A program made the translations under genes and the position numbers. Below, piece by piece: positions 29,164 to 40,097 of a stretch of 64,000 nucleotides of DNA (position 1 is its first letter; each line of letters opens with the position of its first letter). The stretch covers positions 178,318 to 242,317 of the forward strand of contig CAVWET010000002.1 of assembly GCA_963754245.1 (NCBI GenBank), read 5' to 3'. This DNA comes from an uncultured Alphaproteobacteria bacterium. Lineage in GTDB: Bacteria; Pseudomonadota; Alphaproteobacteria; Sphingomonadales; Sphingomonadaceae. The notes under the pieces were generated by a model. It saw only the letters and a program-made list of their open reading frames with translations. It was not told the DNA's origin and ran no database searches.

Positions 29164-29822
29164 TGCAATTGCGACAACAAAGCTGTGGCCGCGGCGGTTT
29201 CCGCTTCCTGCTTGCTCGATCCGTCCGCCATGGCTTCACCGAGCTTCGCAACTGACACTCGAATCGTGAATTTGGGCGCATGGTGCGCGCCGGTGCGGCC
29301 AACCACTTCATATTCCGGAGGCTTGCAGCCCTTGGCCGCGGCAAGTTCCTGTAGCGCCGACTTCGGATGCTGGGGAGCGCCGCGTTGGCTGGCTATGTCC
29401 GGCCCCCAGAGTTTGAGGATGAACCGTTCCGCCGCTTCGATCCCGCCATCGATGAACAGGGCCCCGATCAACGCCTCGACCACGTCGCCGACGACATTCT
29501 CACTGCGGTTCGCGCCATCCTCACGCGCCTGCTTGCCCAACTTGATCAACGCTGGCACGCCTATTTCCCGCCCGTTTTCGGCGCAGGTGTCGCGGTCGAC
29601 CAAACCATTGTAGCGGCGCGATAAATCGCCTTCCGGCTCATTCGGGTAGCGACGGTACAGGGCGGCGGCGATCACCATTCCGAGCACGCGGTCGCCGAGG
29701 AATTCGAGGCGTTCATAGCTCTCGCGGCTGACACTTGAATGAGTGAAGGCGAGCTCGAACAATGCCAAGTCGTTCGGTTCATGCCCGAGCCCACGAACGA
29801 ACAATTCGATTTCGCCCTTCAC
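29160..29822 (-). CDS. rnc: Ribonuclease III
   Basis: SYERLEFLGDRVLG is the RNase III signature, with a C-terminal dsRBD. The GTG start at 29822 overlaps the lepB stop (GTGA), and the stop overlaps the era start (ATGA). Confidence 0.9.
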   Translation of the reverse strand: MKGEIELFVRGLGHEPNDLALFELAFTHSSVSRESYERLEFLGDRVLGMVIAAALYRRYPNEPEGDLSRRYNGLVDRDTCAENGREIGVPALIKLGKQAREDGANRSENVVGDVVEALIGALFIDGGIEAAERFILKLWGPDIASQRGAPQHPKSALQELAAAKGCKPPEYEVVGRTGAHHAPKFTIRVSVAKLGEAMADGSSKQEAETAAATALLSQLQ

Positions 29823-30715
29823 TCGGCGTCTCCCGAGTAGCCGTTGCCGATGCGGCTTCCGCGAAGCGCCGTGAACCAAGTCCACGGCTTCAACCAGGAA
29901 GCGCTGCCGTCCGTCGACCAGAAGGTGAAGGCGGCACGGCCGATGAGATTCTCCACCGGGACCATGGCAATGCCCCCTTCGGCTGCAGGGTAGCGGCTGT
30001 CGAGGCTGTCGTCGCGATTGTCGCCCATCAGGAAGACATGGTTTGATGGCACCTTTACCGGCCCGAAATCGTCAGCGCCCGTCGCGGCCTGGTCGAGCAC
30101 TGTGTACGTCCTGCCGCCGGGCAGCGTCTCACGGTAATCTGGAAACACGCAAAACTCCTGACCGTGGCTTTCGATGACCGACGGCGTCGCAGGAGGAACG
30201 ACCTTGCAGGGTGTGTTGGTGCTGATCGGCATCTTGTACGGCGCGAGCGGCTCCCGCGGAACGGGGCGGCCGTTGAGAATCAGGGCACCCTCGCGAACCT
30301 CCACGGTATCTCCCGGGAGCCCTATGACGCGCTTGATCAGGTCGGAATCTTCGCTCGGATGGCGGAACACGACGACGTCGCCGCGCTGAGGCAGCTGCTT
30401 GAGAATCCGTCCACGGAAAGACGGCAATGCGAAAGGGAAGCTGTAGCGGGAATAGCCGTACGGCCATTTCGCGACGATCAGATAATCTCCGACATACAGC
30501 GCGGGCTGCATCGACCCCGACGGAATATAGAATGGCTGGGCAATAAAGCTCCGCAGCCCCCATGCGAGGATTGCAAGCGTGAGGAAGAAACGCGCGAGGC
30601 TCCATGCGCTTTCCCGCTCACGCGCTCTGGCATGCTTGCGCCGAGCACGCGGTCGTGCGCTGGAGATCGGCCATTGCATGGATGCCGTTGTTTCCGCCCG
30701 TCCGCTCCCGGTCAA
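29819..30715 (-). CDS. lepB: Signal peptidase I
   Basis: IPSGSMQPAL (catalytic Ser), RGDVVVF and GDNRDDSLDSRY are present. Confidence 0.9.
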   Translation of the reverse strand: MTGSGRAETTASMQWPISSARPRARRKHARARERESAWSLARFFLTLAILAWGLRSFIAQPFYIPSGSMQPALYVGDYLIVAKWPYGYSRYSFPFALPSFRGRILKQLPQRGDVVVFRHPSEDSDLIKRVIGLPGDTVEVREGALILNGRPVPREPLAPYKMPISTNTPCKVVPPATPSVIESHGQEFCVFPDYRETLPGGRTYTVLDQAATGADDFGPVKVPSNHVFLMGDNRDDSLDSRYPAAEGGIAMVPVENLIGRAAFTFWSTDGSASWLKPWTWFTALRGSRIGNGYSGDAE

Positions 30716-30759
30716 GCCGGGGTGGCATTTGGCCGGGGGGTCATTATGTGCGTGGCCGC

Positions 30760-32248
30760 ATGCCCAGCCAACAGCAGCAAGCGCCCACGCCCGCTCTTGA
30801 AGACCTGTTCAAGGCCGAACCGGACCGGCTGAGCCGCCTGAGCTTCGGGGCTGCGGGTCTCTATTTCGATCTATCGAAGACGCATCTCGATCAAAGCCGC
30901 ATCGGTGAGTTCCTAAGACGGCAGGAACAGATGGGCTTCGGCGCCGCGCGCGATGCGCTGTTCTCCGGTGAGATCGTAAATCCGAGCGAAGGCCGTCCCG
31001 CGACACACGTCGCCGAGCGCGGCAGTGGAGCTCCCGAAGACGTCGATCTCGCGACCGCGCGACGGCAGCGCATGCGCGCCCTTGTCGATGCTATCGAAGC
31101 AGGTGCGTTCGGCGACATTACTGGAATTCTTCATATCGGCATTGGCGGATCGGTTCTCGGGCCTGCTTTGCTGGTGGATGCACTCGGACGTAGGTCGTCG
31201 AAGTTCAATGTCCGCTTCCTCTCGAACATTGATGGGGCCGCCTTCGACGATGCCGTGAAAACGCTCGATCCCGCTACGACTTTGATCGTGGTGGCATCGA
31301 AGACGTTCACGACTCAGGAGACTCTGGCGAATTTCGAGGCGTCACGGGAATGGCTGCAGGCCGGAGGTGTCGCGGACCCGGATGGGCGCGCTCATTGCGG
31401 TGACCGCCCGCCCAGAAGCGGCTGTCGAGGCGGGAATCGATGAGACTCGCGTCCTGCAGTTCGGCGAAGGTGTCGGTGGGCGCTATTCACTATGGAGCTC
31501 GGTCGGCGTGACCGCGGCGCTCGCGCTCGGCTGGGACGCCTTTGAGGAACTGCTCGAAGGGGCCGCCGAAATGGATCGCCATTTCCGCTTCGCCGAGCCT
31601 GCTGAAAACATTCCGTTGATTGCCGCCTTCGCCGACCAACTCTACGCCGAGGACTTCGCCTGCCAGAGCCGCGGCGTCTTCGCCTATGACGAGCGGCTCC
31701 GCCTATTGCCCTTCTATCTCCAGCAGCTCGAGATGGAATCGAACGGCAAGTCCGTGACGAAGGAGGGCAAGCCGGTCGGCAGGCCCACGGCCCCGATCAC
31801 CTGGGGAGGTACTGGCACGGACGCCCAGCACGCGGTCTTTCAGCTGTTGCATCAAGGGACGGTACTCGTGCCGGTCGAGTTCATTGCTGTTCGCGAAGGT
31901 GATGATGAACAGGACCCGGAACATCATCGGCTGCTGTTGCTGAATGCCTTCGCGCAGGGTGCGGCGCTCATGCAGGGCAAGTCGAGCGACGATCCGCAAC
32001 GCAGCTATCAGGGCAATCGGCCGAGCTCGACGATCCTTCTCGAACGTCTCGATGCGCGCTCCTTGGGCGCGCTGATCTCCTTTTACGAACATCGCACGTT
32101 CGCGAATGCCGTCCTGCTCGGCATCAATCCGTTCGACCAGTTTGGCGTTGAGCTCGGCAAGCAAATCGCGCGGCAGCTCGCCGACGGTTCGAACGAGGCT
32201 AGCCTCGACCCATCCACGCGCGCCTTGATCGAAAGGGCGGGGCTTTGA
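30760..32248 (+). pseudogene. pgi: Glucose-6-phosphate isomerase, frameshifted as sequenced
   Basis: HIGIGGSVLGP and VASKTFTTQETL are in ORF 30604... GGRYSLWSSVG and EMESNGK are in ORF 31367..32248. The shift is near 31383. The start is taken at ATG 30760, because the longer ORF overlaps lepB. Confidence 0.9.
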
Positions 32249-32297
32249 TCCAAACGCTCGAGGCCGCACCTGTCGGCTGATTGGACTTTGAAGAGGA

Positions 32298-33644
32298 TTG
32301 GCGATGGCCGACTTTGACCTGTTCGTAATCGGCGCGGGCTCCGGCGGCGTGCGCGCTGCCCGTGTCGCGGCTGCATATGGCGCGCGAGTGGCCATCGCGG
32401 AGGAATATAAGGTCGGCGGCACGTGCGTCATCCGCGGGTGTGTGCCGAAGAAGCTGCTCGTCTACGGCGCGCATTTCGCCGAGGACCTCGACGATGCGGC
32501 GATGTTCGGCTGGGACGTTCCGCAGAAGCGCTTCGACTGGGCGGTGCTGCGCGACAACGTTCTTGCCGAAGTGGGCCGTCTCGAAGGTGCTTACACGGAG
32601 ACGCTGACGAACCACGGTGTGACAGTCTTCCACGAACGAGCGACGCTCACCGGGCCCAACGGCGTCAAACTCCAGGATGGCAAGGAGATCACTGCCGACA
32701 AGATCCTGATCGCAACCGGGGCGCGGCCGGTAATGCCGGACTTGCCGGGCATCGAACAGGCGATCAGCTCCAACGAAGTATTCCACTTGGACAAACTCCC
32801 GAGGCGGATCGTCATCGCCGGCGGCGGCTATATCGCGAACGAATTCGCCGGCATCTTCCACCAGTTCGGCACCCACGTGACGCTGGTGAATCGAACCGAC
32901 GTGATCCTGCGCGGGTACGACCAGCAGGTCGTCGATCGGTTGCTCCAGATCTCGCTGCGCAAGGGCATCGATTTCCGGTTCAACTCGACGATCGAGCGCA
33001 TCGAACGGAAAGAAAACGGCACACTGCACATCGGCATGACAGGCTGCGACGACCTCGAAGCCGATCAGATGCTGTTCGCCCTCGGCCGCCGTCCGAACAC
33101 CGAAGGCTTGGGATTGGCAGAGTGCGGCGTTGAGCTCGGCGACAAATCCGAGATCAAGGTCGATGCGGACAACGGGTCGTCCGTGCCGTCCATCTTCGCC
33201 GTCGGCGACGTGACCGACCGCGTGCAGCTGACGCCTGTCGCGATCCGAGAAGGACATGCCTTCGCCGATACATTCTTCGGCAACAAGCCGCACCAGGTCG
33301 ACTACGACTGCATTCCCTCCGCCGTCTTCAGTCATCCGCCATTGGCGGGCGTGGGAATGACCGAAGGACAAGCGCGGAACAGGCTCGGCAGCGTGAAGAC
33401 CTTCACGTCCGACTTCCGGCCGATGAAGAATGTTCTTGCCGGCCGCAACGAGCGTTCGCTGTACAAGATCGTGATGGACGGTGAGACGGACCAGGTCGTC
33501 GGCGTCCACATGATCGGCCCCGATGCGCCCGAATTGCTTCAAGTGGCGGCCGTTGCGGTGAAGGCGAAGCTCAAGAAGGCGGATTTCGACGCTACTTTCG
33601 CACTTCACCCGACGATGGCCGAAGAACTGGTGCTGATGCGCTAG
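32298..33644 (+). CDS. gor: Glutathione-disulfide reductase
   Basis: DLFVIGAGSGGVRAAR binds FAD, and GGTCVIRGCVPKK is the redox-active disulfide. A C-terminal dimerisation domain ends HPTMAEELV. Confidence 0.9.
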   Translation: MAMADFDLFVIGAGSGGVRAARVAAAYGARVAIAEEYKVGGTCVIRGCVPKKLLVYGAHFAEDLDDAAMFGWDVPQKRFDWAVLRDNVLAEVGRLEGAYTETLTNHGVTVFHERATLTGPNGVKLQDGKEITADKILIATGARPVMPDLPGIEQAISSNEVFHLDKLPRRIVIAGGGYIANEFAGIFHQFGTHVTLVNRTDVILRGYDQQVVDRLLQISLRKGIDFRFNSTIERIERKENGTLHIGMTGCDDLEADQMLFALGRRPNTEGLGLAECGVELGDKSEIKVDADNGSSVPSIFAVGDVTDRVQLTPVAIREGHAFADTFFGNKPHQVDYDCIPSAVFSHPPLAGVGMTEGQARNRLGSVKTFTSDFRPMKNVLAGRNERSLYKIVMDGETDQVVGVHMIGPDAPELLQVAAVAVKAKLKKADFDATFALHPTMAEELVLMR

Positions 33645-33702
33645 GCTGGACGCCGCAAGGACGCGTCACTAGGCGAAGGCGTTCAGCACTCGCGGGGACT
33701 TG

Positions 33703-35289
33703 ATGGAATTCGATGCGGTCGTGATCGGGGCCGGCCATAATGGCCTGACATGCTCTTATTATCTGGCGAAGAAGGGGCTGAAGGTTGCCGTCCTCGAAGC
33801 CTCGGGCAACGTCGGCGGGGCCGCCGTGACGGACGAGTTCCTCCCGGGCTTCCGCAATTCCGCTGCCAGCTACACGGTCAGCCTGCTGCAGCCGAAGGTC
33901 ATTCGGGACATGCAACTGGAGCGGCACGGCCTGAAGGTGGTCCTGCGCAAGACAGACAATTTCTTACCAGGTGAGGGCGATTATCTGCTTTCCGGGCGCG
34001 GGGGGCTAACGCGCAAGGAGATCGGGAGGCACGTCAAAGCCGATGCCGAGGCTTACGACCGCTACATCGCCGAACTTGAAACGGTGGTGCGGCTTCTCAA
34101 GAAATGGCTGCTGCGCGCTCCTCCCAACGTGGGTCGAAAGATCAGCGCGATCCCGAAACTACTGAGCCTGGGCCGCGACATGGCTGGCCTGTCGCTTGCC
34201 GAGACCCGGGTCGTGCACGACTTCGCGGTCCGGAGCGCGTCTGAAATCCTCGAGCGCCATTTCCAGGGCGACCTCACGAAAGCGCTGTTTGGCTTCGACG
34301 GAGTGGTCGGCAACTTCGCATCCCCCCAATCCGCCGGAACGGGGTACGTCCTTCTGCACCACCTCTTCGGCGAAGCGGCCGGAGTGCCGGGCGCGTGGGG
34401 ACATGCCATTGGCGGTATGGGCGCGATCACGCAGGCCATGGCTCGTGCATGCCGGGAAGCGGGTGTTGATATCGTTCTCAACACGCCGGTCGAAGAAGTC
34501 ATTGTTTCCCACGGCCGCGCGGCGGGCGTGGTTGCCGGGGGCAAGGCGTGGCGATCCAAGGGCGTGGTCGCCGGCGTTAATCCGAAGCTGCTGTTCGATC
34601 GGCTCGTTCCCCATGGGGCCGTCGACCGGGACGTCGCGAGCCGAATGCACAGTTGGAAGTGTGAAAGCGCCACATTCCGCATGAACGTGGCGCTGTCGGA
34701 GCTGCCCAAGTTCACCGTGCTGCCGAAGAAAGGCAATCATCTAACCGCCGGGATCATCATGGCCCCCAGTCTCGATTACATGCACCGCGCATGGCTCGAC
34801 GCTTCGGTGAATGGATGGGCGAAGCAGCCGATCATCGAGATGCTGATCCCCTCGACGCTGGATTCGACGCTGGCGCCGAAGGGCAGGCATGTTGCATCGC
34901 TCTTCTGCCAGCATTTCCGCTACGACCTCGGGCCCGGGCGCAGCTGGGATCAGGAGCGCGAGAAGGCCGCAGATGCGATCATTGCGACGGTGGACCAGCA
35001 TGCTCCCGGGTTCGCGAGGTCCGTGCTTGGGCGGCAGATCCATTCGCCATTGGACCTGGAGCGGCGGTTCGGGCTGATCGGAGGGGACATCTTCCACGGC
35101 AAGATGGGTCTCGACCAATTGTTCAGCGCGCGTCCGATGGTCGGGGCAGCTGATTACCGCATGCCGCTTAAGGGGCTCTATCTGTGCGGATCGGGCGCAC
35201 ATCCGGGCGGAGGGGTCACCGGCGCGCCCGGGCATAATGCGGCGCACGCCTTTCTATCCGACCGGCGGATCTGGAGTCGCCGGCATTGA
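33703..35289 (+). CDS. Phytoene-desaturase-family NAD(P)/FAD-dependent oxidoreductase
   Basis: DAVVIGAGHNGLTCSYYLAKKGLKVAVLEASGNVGG is the N-terminal dinucleotide-binding motif. The C-terminal block is GLYLCGSGAHPGGGVTG. Confidence 0.8.
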   Translation: MEFDAVVIGAGHNGLTCSYYLAKKGLKVAVLEASGNVGGAAVTDEFLPGFRNSAASYTVSLLQPKVIRDMQLERHGLKVVLRKTDNFLPGEGDYLLSGRGGLTRKEIGRHVKADAEAYDRYIAELETVVRLLKKWLLRAPPNVGRKISAIPKLLSLGRDMAGLSLAETRVVHDFAVRSASEILERHFQGDLTKALFGFDGVVGNFASPQSAGTGYVLLHHLFGEAAGVPGAWGHAIGGMGAITQAMARACREAGVDIVLNTPVEEVIVSHGRAAGVVAGGKAWRSKGVVAGVNPKLLFDRLVPHGAVDRDVASRMHSWKCESATFRMNVALSELPKFTVLPKKGNHLTAGIIMAPSLDYMHRAWLDASVNGWAKQPIIEMLIPSTLDSTLAPKGRHVASLFCQHFRYDLGPGRSWDQEREKAADAIIATVDQHAPGFARSVLGRQIHSPLDLERRFGLIGGDIFHGKMGLDQLFSARPMVGAADYRMPLKGLYLCGSGAHPGGGVTGAPGHNAAHAFLSDRRIWSRRH

Positions 35290-36483
35290 AACCGCTGGAG
35301 GGGATCAGGGTCCTCGACCTTAGCCGCGTACTTGCCGGGCCATGGTGCACCCAATTGCTTGCCGACCTCGGCGCCGAGGTTCTCAAGATCGAGCGTCCGG
35401 GTGCCGGGGACGACACGCGTCATTGGGGACCGCCGTGGTACGGCGAGGGCGACGAGCGGGTTGCCGCATACTTCCTGAGCGCCAATCGCGGAAAGAAATC
35501 GGCGGCCATCGATTTTTCACAGCCGCAAGGCGCCAGGCTCGTGAGAGAACTCGCCGCGCAGGTGGATGTCGTCGTCGAGAACTTCAAAGTCGGGGGACTC
35601 AAGAAATTCGGCCTCGACGCCATTTCGCTGCGCGAGGCCAATCCACGGCTGATCTATGCCTCCATCACGGGTTTTGGACAGGACGGTCCTTACGCAGACC
35701 GCGCCGGTTACGATTACATCATCCAAGGCATGGGCGGACTAATGAGCATTACTGGCCTGCCCGACGGAGAGCCGGGCGGTGGGCCGATGCGCGTTGGAGT
35801 GGCCGTCGTCGATCTATTCACCGGTCTCTACACCTGCGTCGCCATCCTCAGCGCACTCTTGCGTCGCGAGAAGACCGGGGAGGGCGCTCACATCGACATG
35901 GCGCTATTCGACACCCAGCTGGCGATGCTCGCCAATCAGGCGTCGAATGCGCTGGTTTCAGGCAAGGACCCGCCGCGGCAGGGCAATACCCATCCAAACA
36001 TCGTGCCTTACCAGCCGTTCGATGCGGCCGATCAGCCGATCATCATCGCCGTCGGCAACGATCGCCAGTTTGCGCGGCTCGCGCAAATGTGCGGTCACCC
36101 AGAGTGGATCAGCGACGAACGCTTCGCCAGCAACGGTTCGCGTGTTGCTAACCGCGGCGCGATCGTTGAGCTTATCAGCGACTGCATTCGACAGAAGCCG
36201 GCCGCTGAATGGCTCGAGCAGCTCGAGAGAGCAGGGATCCCGGCCGGTCCGATCAACACGATCACCCGGGCCCTGTCGGACGTTCAGGCGCAGCACCGCG
36301 GCGTCGTGCGGACGATTGCGGGCATGCCCCTCGTCGGCGCGCCTGTGCGGCTCGACGGCGGGCGTGCAGAATTCAGACCTGCCACCGCCGAAACTCGGCG
36401 AGCACACGGATGAAGTGCTGGCGAGCCTCGGGCTTAAGCCGTCCGGCATGGAGCGGCTCAAGTCCGAAGGCGTGGTTGGCTAG
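35286..36483 (+). pseudogene. Family III CoA-transferase (CaiB/BaiF), C-terminal frameshift as sequenced
   Basis: GIRVLDLSRVLAGPWCTQLLADLGAEVLKIERP is present. The expected C-terminus PPPKLGEHTDEVLASLGL... lies in the neighbouring frame (ORF 35779..36483). The shift is near 36354-36365. Confidence 0.85.
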
Positions 36484-36489
36484 TTCGCC

Positions 36490-37167
36490 TTACTTGCTGG
36501 CGCTCTGGACGAGCATGTCAAGCTGGTGCTGGCAACCGTGTTCAATCAGAACTTGCGCCGTTCCGACGATGTCGTTTGCCGCATCCGGCACGGTGACGAA
36601 GCTGACGCTGCTCTTGTCCCCCGTTTCGGGCCATTCGATCTGATATTCAGCGCCCGCTGCGACCGGTAGCGCGGCCGGCCACATCGCCGATGCCTTGCCC
36701 GCGGCCCAATCGAGCTCCTGTGACTTACCGTCAGAGGAGCGGATGTTGATCTTCACCTCGGCCTCGCTCTCCGGCCGCCAGAGCTGGATCTTGCTGGCGT
36801 TGGTCACGCACATTTTGCCGCTCTGAGTTACATCGATATCCCAGATGCTGGGATTCTTCACGATGTCGGACGCGCGCAGGGCGCCGAAGCGGCCGCGCTT
36901 GCTCTCGGCCGAGGCGAGGGTCATCTGCCCAGCTGCAAAGTTGCCTGGCCCGCGCAGTGTCTGCGCAGCCGCCGGACCAAGGACCGTGACGACATCACCG
37001 CCCTGAAGCGTGATCTTCGCGCTTTCCGGAAGCGTCTTTCCCGGCGGGTAAGCCTTGGCTGACGGTCCTAAGGACTTCACGACTACTACGCTGGCGACGG
37101 CCGGTGACGAGCCCACGAGCGCCGCAATTGCCGCGCCTGCAATCCATAGCTTCCCACGCATCTTCAA
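36490..37167 (-). CDS. Hypothetical secreted protein (225 aa)
   Basis: It has a clear signal peptide (MKMRGKLWIAGAAIAALVGSSPAVA) and two Cys in the mature part. I recognise no family. Confidence 0.6.
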   Translation of the reverse strand: MKMRGKLWIAGAAIAALVGSSPAVASVVVVKSLGPSAKAYPPGKTLPESAKITLQGGDVVTVLGPAAAQTLRGPGNFAAGQMTLASAESKRGRFGALRASDIVKNPSIWDIDVTQSGKMCVTNASKIQLWRPESEAEVKINIRSSDGKSQELDWAAGKASAMWPAALPVAAGAEYQIEWPETGDKSSVSFVTVPDAANDIVGTAQVLIEHGCQHQLDMLVQSASK

Positions 37168-37363
37168 GCTCCTCGGTTAGCCCCAATCGAATTCGCCGCG
37201 TCAGCTTAGGCCGACCGGCGAGTCGTAATTTCCGTGTCGCTTTGCAGACGAATTATGCTTTCATTTGGCTGGGGTCAATTAATCATAATGGAACGGCCAT
37301 ACTTAGGCGCGTTGCGATGAAGGGACCGTGCTTAGAGAGGAATCGATAAGACGGGCCTCCAAG

Positions 37364-39239
37364 TCACTGAGTCGGCGTGAATTTGACTCGATCAGAGATT
37401 TCGAGCCGCCGCTCATAAGCAACACGCTTGATGACGTTCTTGACCGCGCGGGCGATCGGCTCGGCGACCTCCTTGAGGACCTTTTGCTCATCCTTGCTCG
37501 GCACCGATCCGTCGGGGCGGGGTCCGATAAGGATGTAACCGAGCGGGTCCTCGCCTTCGCCCGGCCGCAGCATCACCCGGACCGGGAACAGCTTGTCGTG
37601 GCTATGGTAGACTTCGGCGATGCTCTTGTTCCAATCCGGTGTCGCCTCTCGCCATTCCTCGACCTTTTCTTTCGAAATTCCGCGCGTACGGAAGACGCCC
37701 TGATCGATGATGCAGGCCACGTGGGTTGTCACGATGCCCTTCATCAGACGAGACAGCGTGTCGTCGATCAGCTCCGCGAGATTGCCTGTTTCGCGAAGGT
37801 CTCGGACGCTGTCCGGGAGCTCGTCCTTCAGGATCACGAAACTCCGCTGGAACTTGTTTTGCGACCAGCGCGTGATCCGCTCTTGGATGGGATTGACCAA
37901 GATCGTGGAGAGAGCTGCCGCAAAGATGACCGGTCCCTCACTTGAGCCGTTACCGTAGTAATTATAGATCAGCTGCTTCAAGGCATCCGCGGTTGCCGCA
38001 AAGACAGCGGCAACGCCCAAAGTGATCAGGGCGACGTTCGCCGAACGGCTGATGACCGTTTCGGCATCGTACAAGCGAAAGCGCATAAGGGCGATCAGAA
38101 GTCCCAGCTGCAGGCTGAGGAAGGCGAGGCCGAAGGTGAGCCCGGCAAGGATCTCGAGCGTCAGCTGGGCACCGAACGAGCCGACGGTCATCTTTGTCAT
38201 GTCGCAGGTGAGGGCGATGGACAGGAACAGCGAGTAGCCGGAGAAGCCGAACAGTGCCCATTTGATCTGCTGCCTTGCCGCGCTCGGCGGGGTTCGCCGG
38301 AGCCGCACGAGCATCGTCATCACGCCCGCGATCATGAAGATGACAAAGGTGACGCGGTAAATATTGCCGTGGAGGAAAAAGAGCAGCGGCAGGAGGCACA
38401 GGAAGGGCACCACGACGCGCGGTCGAAGCTGGCCGAACGGGAACAGGAAAATGCCGGCGAGAAGGCAGATATTGCCAAGATCGTAGATGTGCCGGTGCCA
38501 CGAGACAGGAATGTGCGCGACGTAACCGAGGAAAGTCGCGGACGGCTGCTCCGCCCCGACGGTCAGAAGCACGGCGAGCGAAAGTATCGAGCTGATCAAG
38601 TCTTCACGCTTGCGGCGGTGAAGGACCCAGGCTGCGAAGAGCAGGAACGGGTAGGTGAGAACGTGGAAGAGGTCGACGACCTTGAGGAAGGCCGGGCTTA
38701 AGCCCCTCGAGCGTGCAGCTTGCTCGATATGCTGCTCTCCCGTCGTGACACGATATTGGCGAATCTCCCCAGCGGGCGAACGCAAAGTCAGGCCGAGCTC
38801 GATGGGGTCACTTCCCTGCAGGATTGGCGAAAACAGCGCATAGTCGGTGTCGGTCGCATGGCCGGGACCGACCGCGCGCGTTTGGTCGAGCGGCACGACC
38901 TTGGACACGGGCAAGCCTTCGATCGCCACGATCTTGTCGCCGGGTTGGACGCCGGCCCTTTCGGCCGCCTTGCCCACGGGAAAGCGAACTCGCGTCAAAT
39001 CATCCTGCGCCAGCACGAGGCCGACGCGGCTTCCGAGCATCAGCGCGCTGTTTTCAGCAGGTGCATGGAAGCGGTACCAGATCCCGCTAATCGGCCCGAT
39101 GAGTGCGAGCGCGAAAGCAGGCGAACCAGAAGAGTTCGAAGATCTGTAGCCAGGGCCGCTTGAGTTCAGGGATGCGTTCAGGGAGCCGCGGCGCAGGCAC
39201 CGCGGGCCACTGCAACGTCCCCCAAAATCGCGTCGCCAT
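37364..39239 (-). pseudogene. Polytopic membrane protein with periplasmic PDZ domain and GAF-like cytoplasmic C-terminus, N-terminal frameshift as sequenced
   Basis: The PDZ-like block is GKAAERAGVQPGDKIVAIEGLPV. It is followed by about 8 hydrophobic segments, then RFRLYDAETVISR... and ...LGYILIGPRPDGSVPSKDEQKVLKEVAEPIA. The plausible true N-terminus MATRFWGTLQWPAVPAPRLPERIPELKRPWLQIFELFWFACF starts at ATG 39239..39237 in another frame and joins near 39112-39116. Confidence 0.65.
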
Positions 39240-39308
39240 GACGTCGGCCCCTTGACGTTGGCCCTAATAAAGCGCACGGTGCATAGCACGGCCTGCAAAA
39301 TCAATCAG

Positions 39309-40097
39309 CTATCGACGACTGCCCCATTTTCGTCCTTCGTGGAAGGGTGGCCGGAACGGCTGCTTCGGGACCGTCGCTGGCCGTAGCGGGACTGGATGAA
39401 GCGTCCCTGGGTCTCGAGCGCCAGTCACGTCGGCGCGGGCAAGTTTCTCGCCGATTTCTTGCAGAGCTGTTCGACCCGCCGCGAGGCCCTCGATCAGGCG
39501 CTGGTCCACCGTCTTATCCTCTCCATCCCGCTCGCTGCGGTATGAGCGCCGGCACATGCAGGTAGCGGTCGATCAGGCCGGGGAGATGGATCGACATCAG
39601 GCGCCGTGCGTCCTGAGCGGTCGGATCCAGTGTTCCGATACGCTCCAGCGTCTGCTCGCAATGCCGGCAATACGGAGCTGATGCCGTCGATCTCGGCCTG
39701 CGCTGCTGCGGGCAGGCCGCGGCGGGTCCGGAACAGGTAGGAATCGAAGCGCTGGACCATCTCGCCGTTCGATAGATCGGGCGAGGGAGCGGCGCGATGC
39801 TGCGCGTTTCGGACGGTGTGAAGGCGAGAAGCGCGCCGACGCCGACCGCCAGACCGACCGCAGCCAGGAAGCCGAACATGCCGATCGGAATGAAAAGGCC
39901 GACGGCGATGGTGATGATGCTGATGACCAGCACCGCGACACGACACCCGTTTGACGCGGCTCGCGAGGTCCGAGTTCAGCCGCTGCCGTTCGCGACGCGC
40001 CGCCTCCCGCACGGGTCCACCGCGCTCATCGAGCTGGCGAGTGACGCGCTCGAAGCGGGCGATCGGCCCGTTCTACCTTGTCCGTGACCTCAGTCAC
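39309..40097 (-). pseudogene. XpaC-like (5-bromo-4-chloroindolyl phosphate hydrolysis family) membrane protein, multiply frameshifted
   Basis: Coherent peptide segments are spread over all three minus-strand frames. They are RFERVTRQLDERGGPVREAARRERQRLNSDLASRVK; VLVISIITIAVGLFIPIGMFGFLAAVGLAVGVGALLAF (2 TM); DLSNGEMVQRFDSYLFRTRRGLPAAAQAEIDGI; EQTLERIGTLDPTAQDARRLMSIHLPGLIDRYLHVPA; and YRSERDGEDKTVDQRLIEGLAAGRTALQEIGEKLA. At least 4 shifts are needed to join them. The boundaries are approximate. Confidence 0.5.

Noticed and set aside
32199-33608. 469-aa ORF antisense to gor, longer than gor itself
   Set aside because: The + strand carries the GGTCVIRGCVPKK redox centre and FAD/NAD motifs. The antisense product has none.
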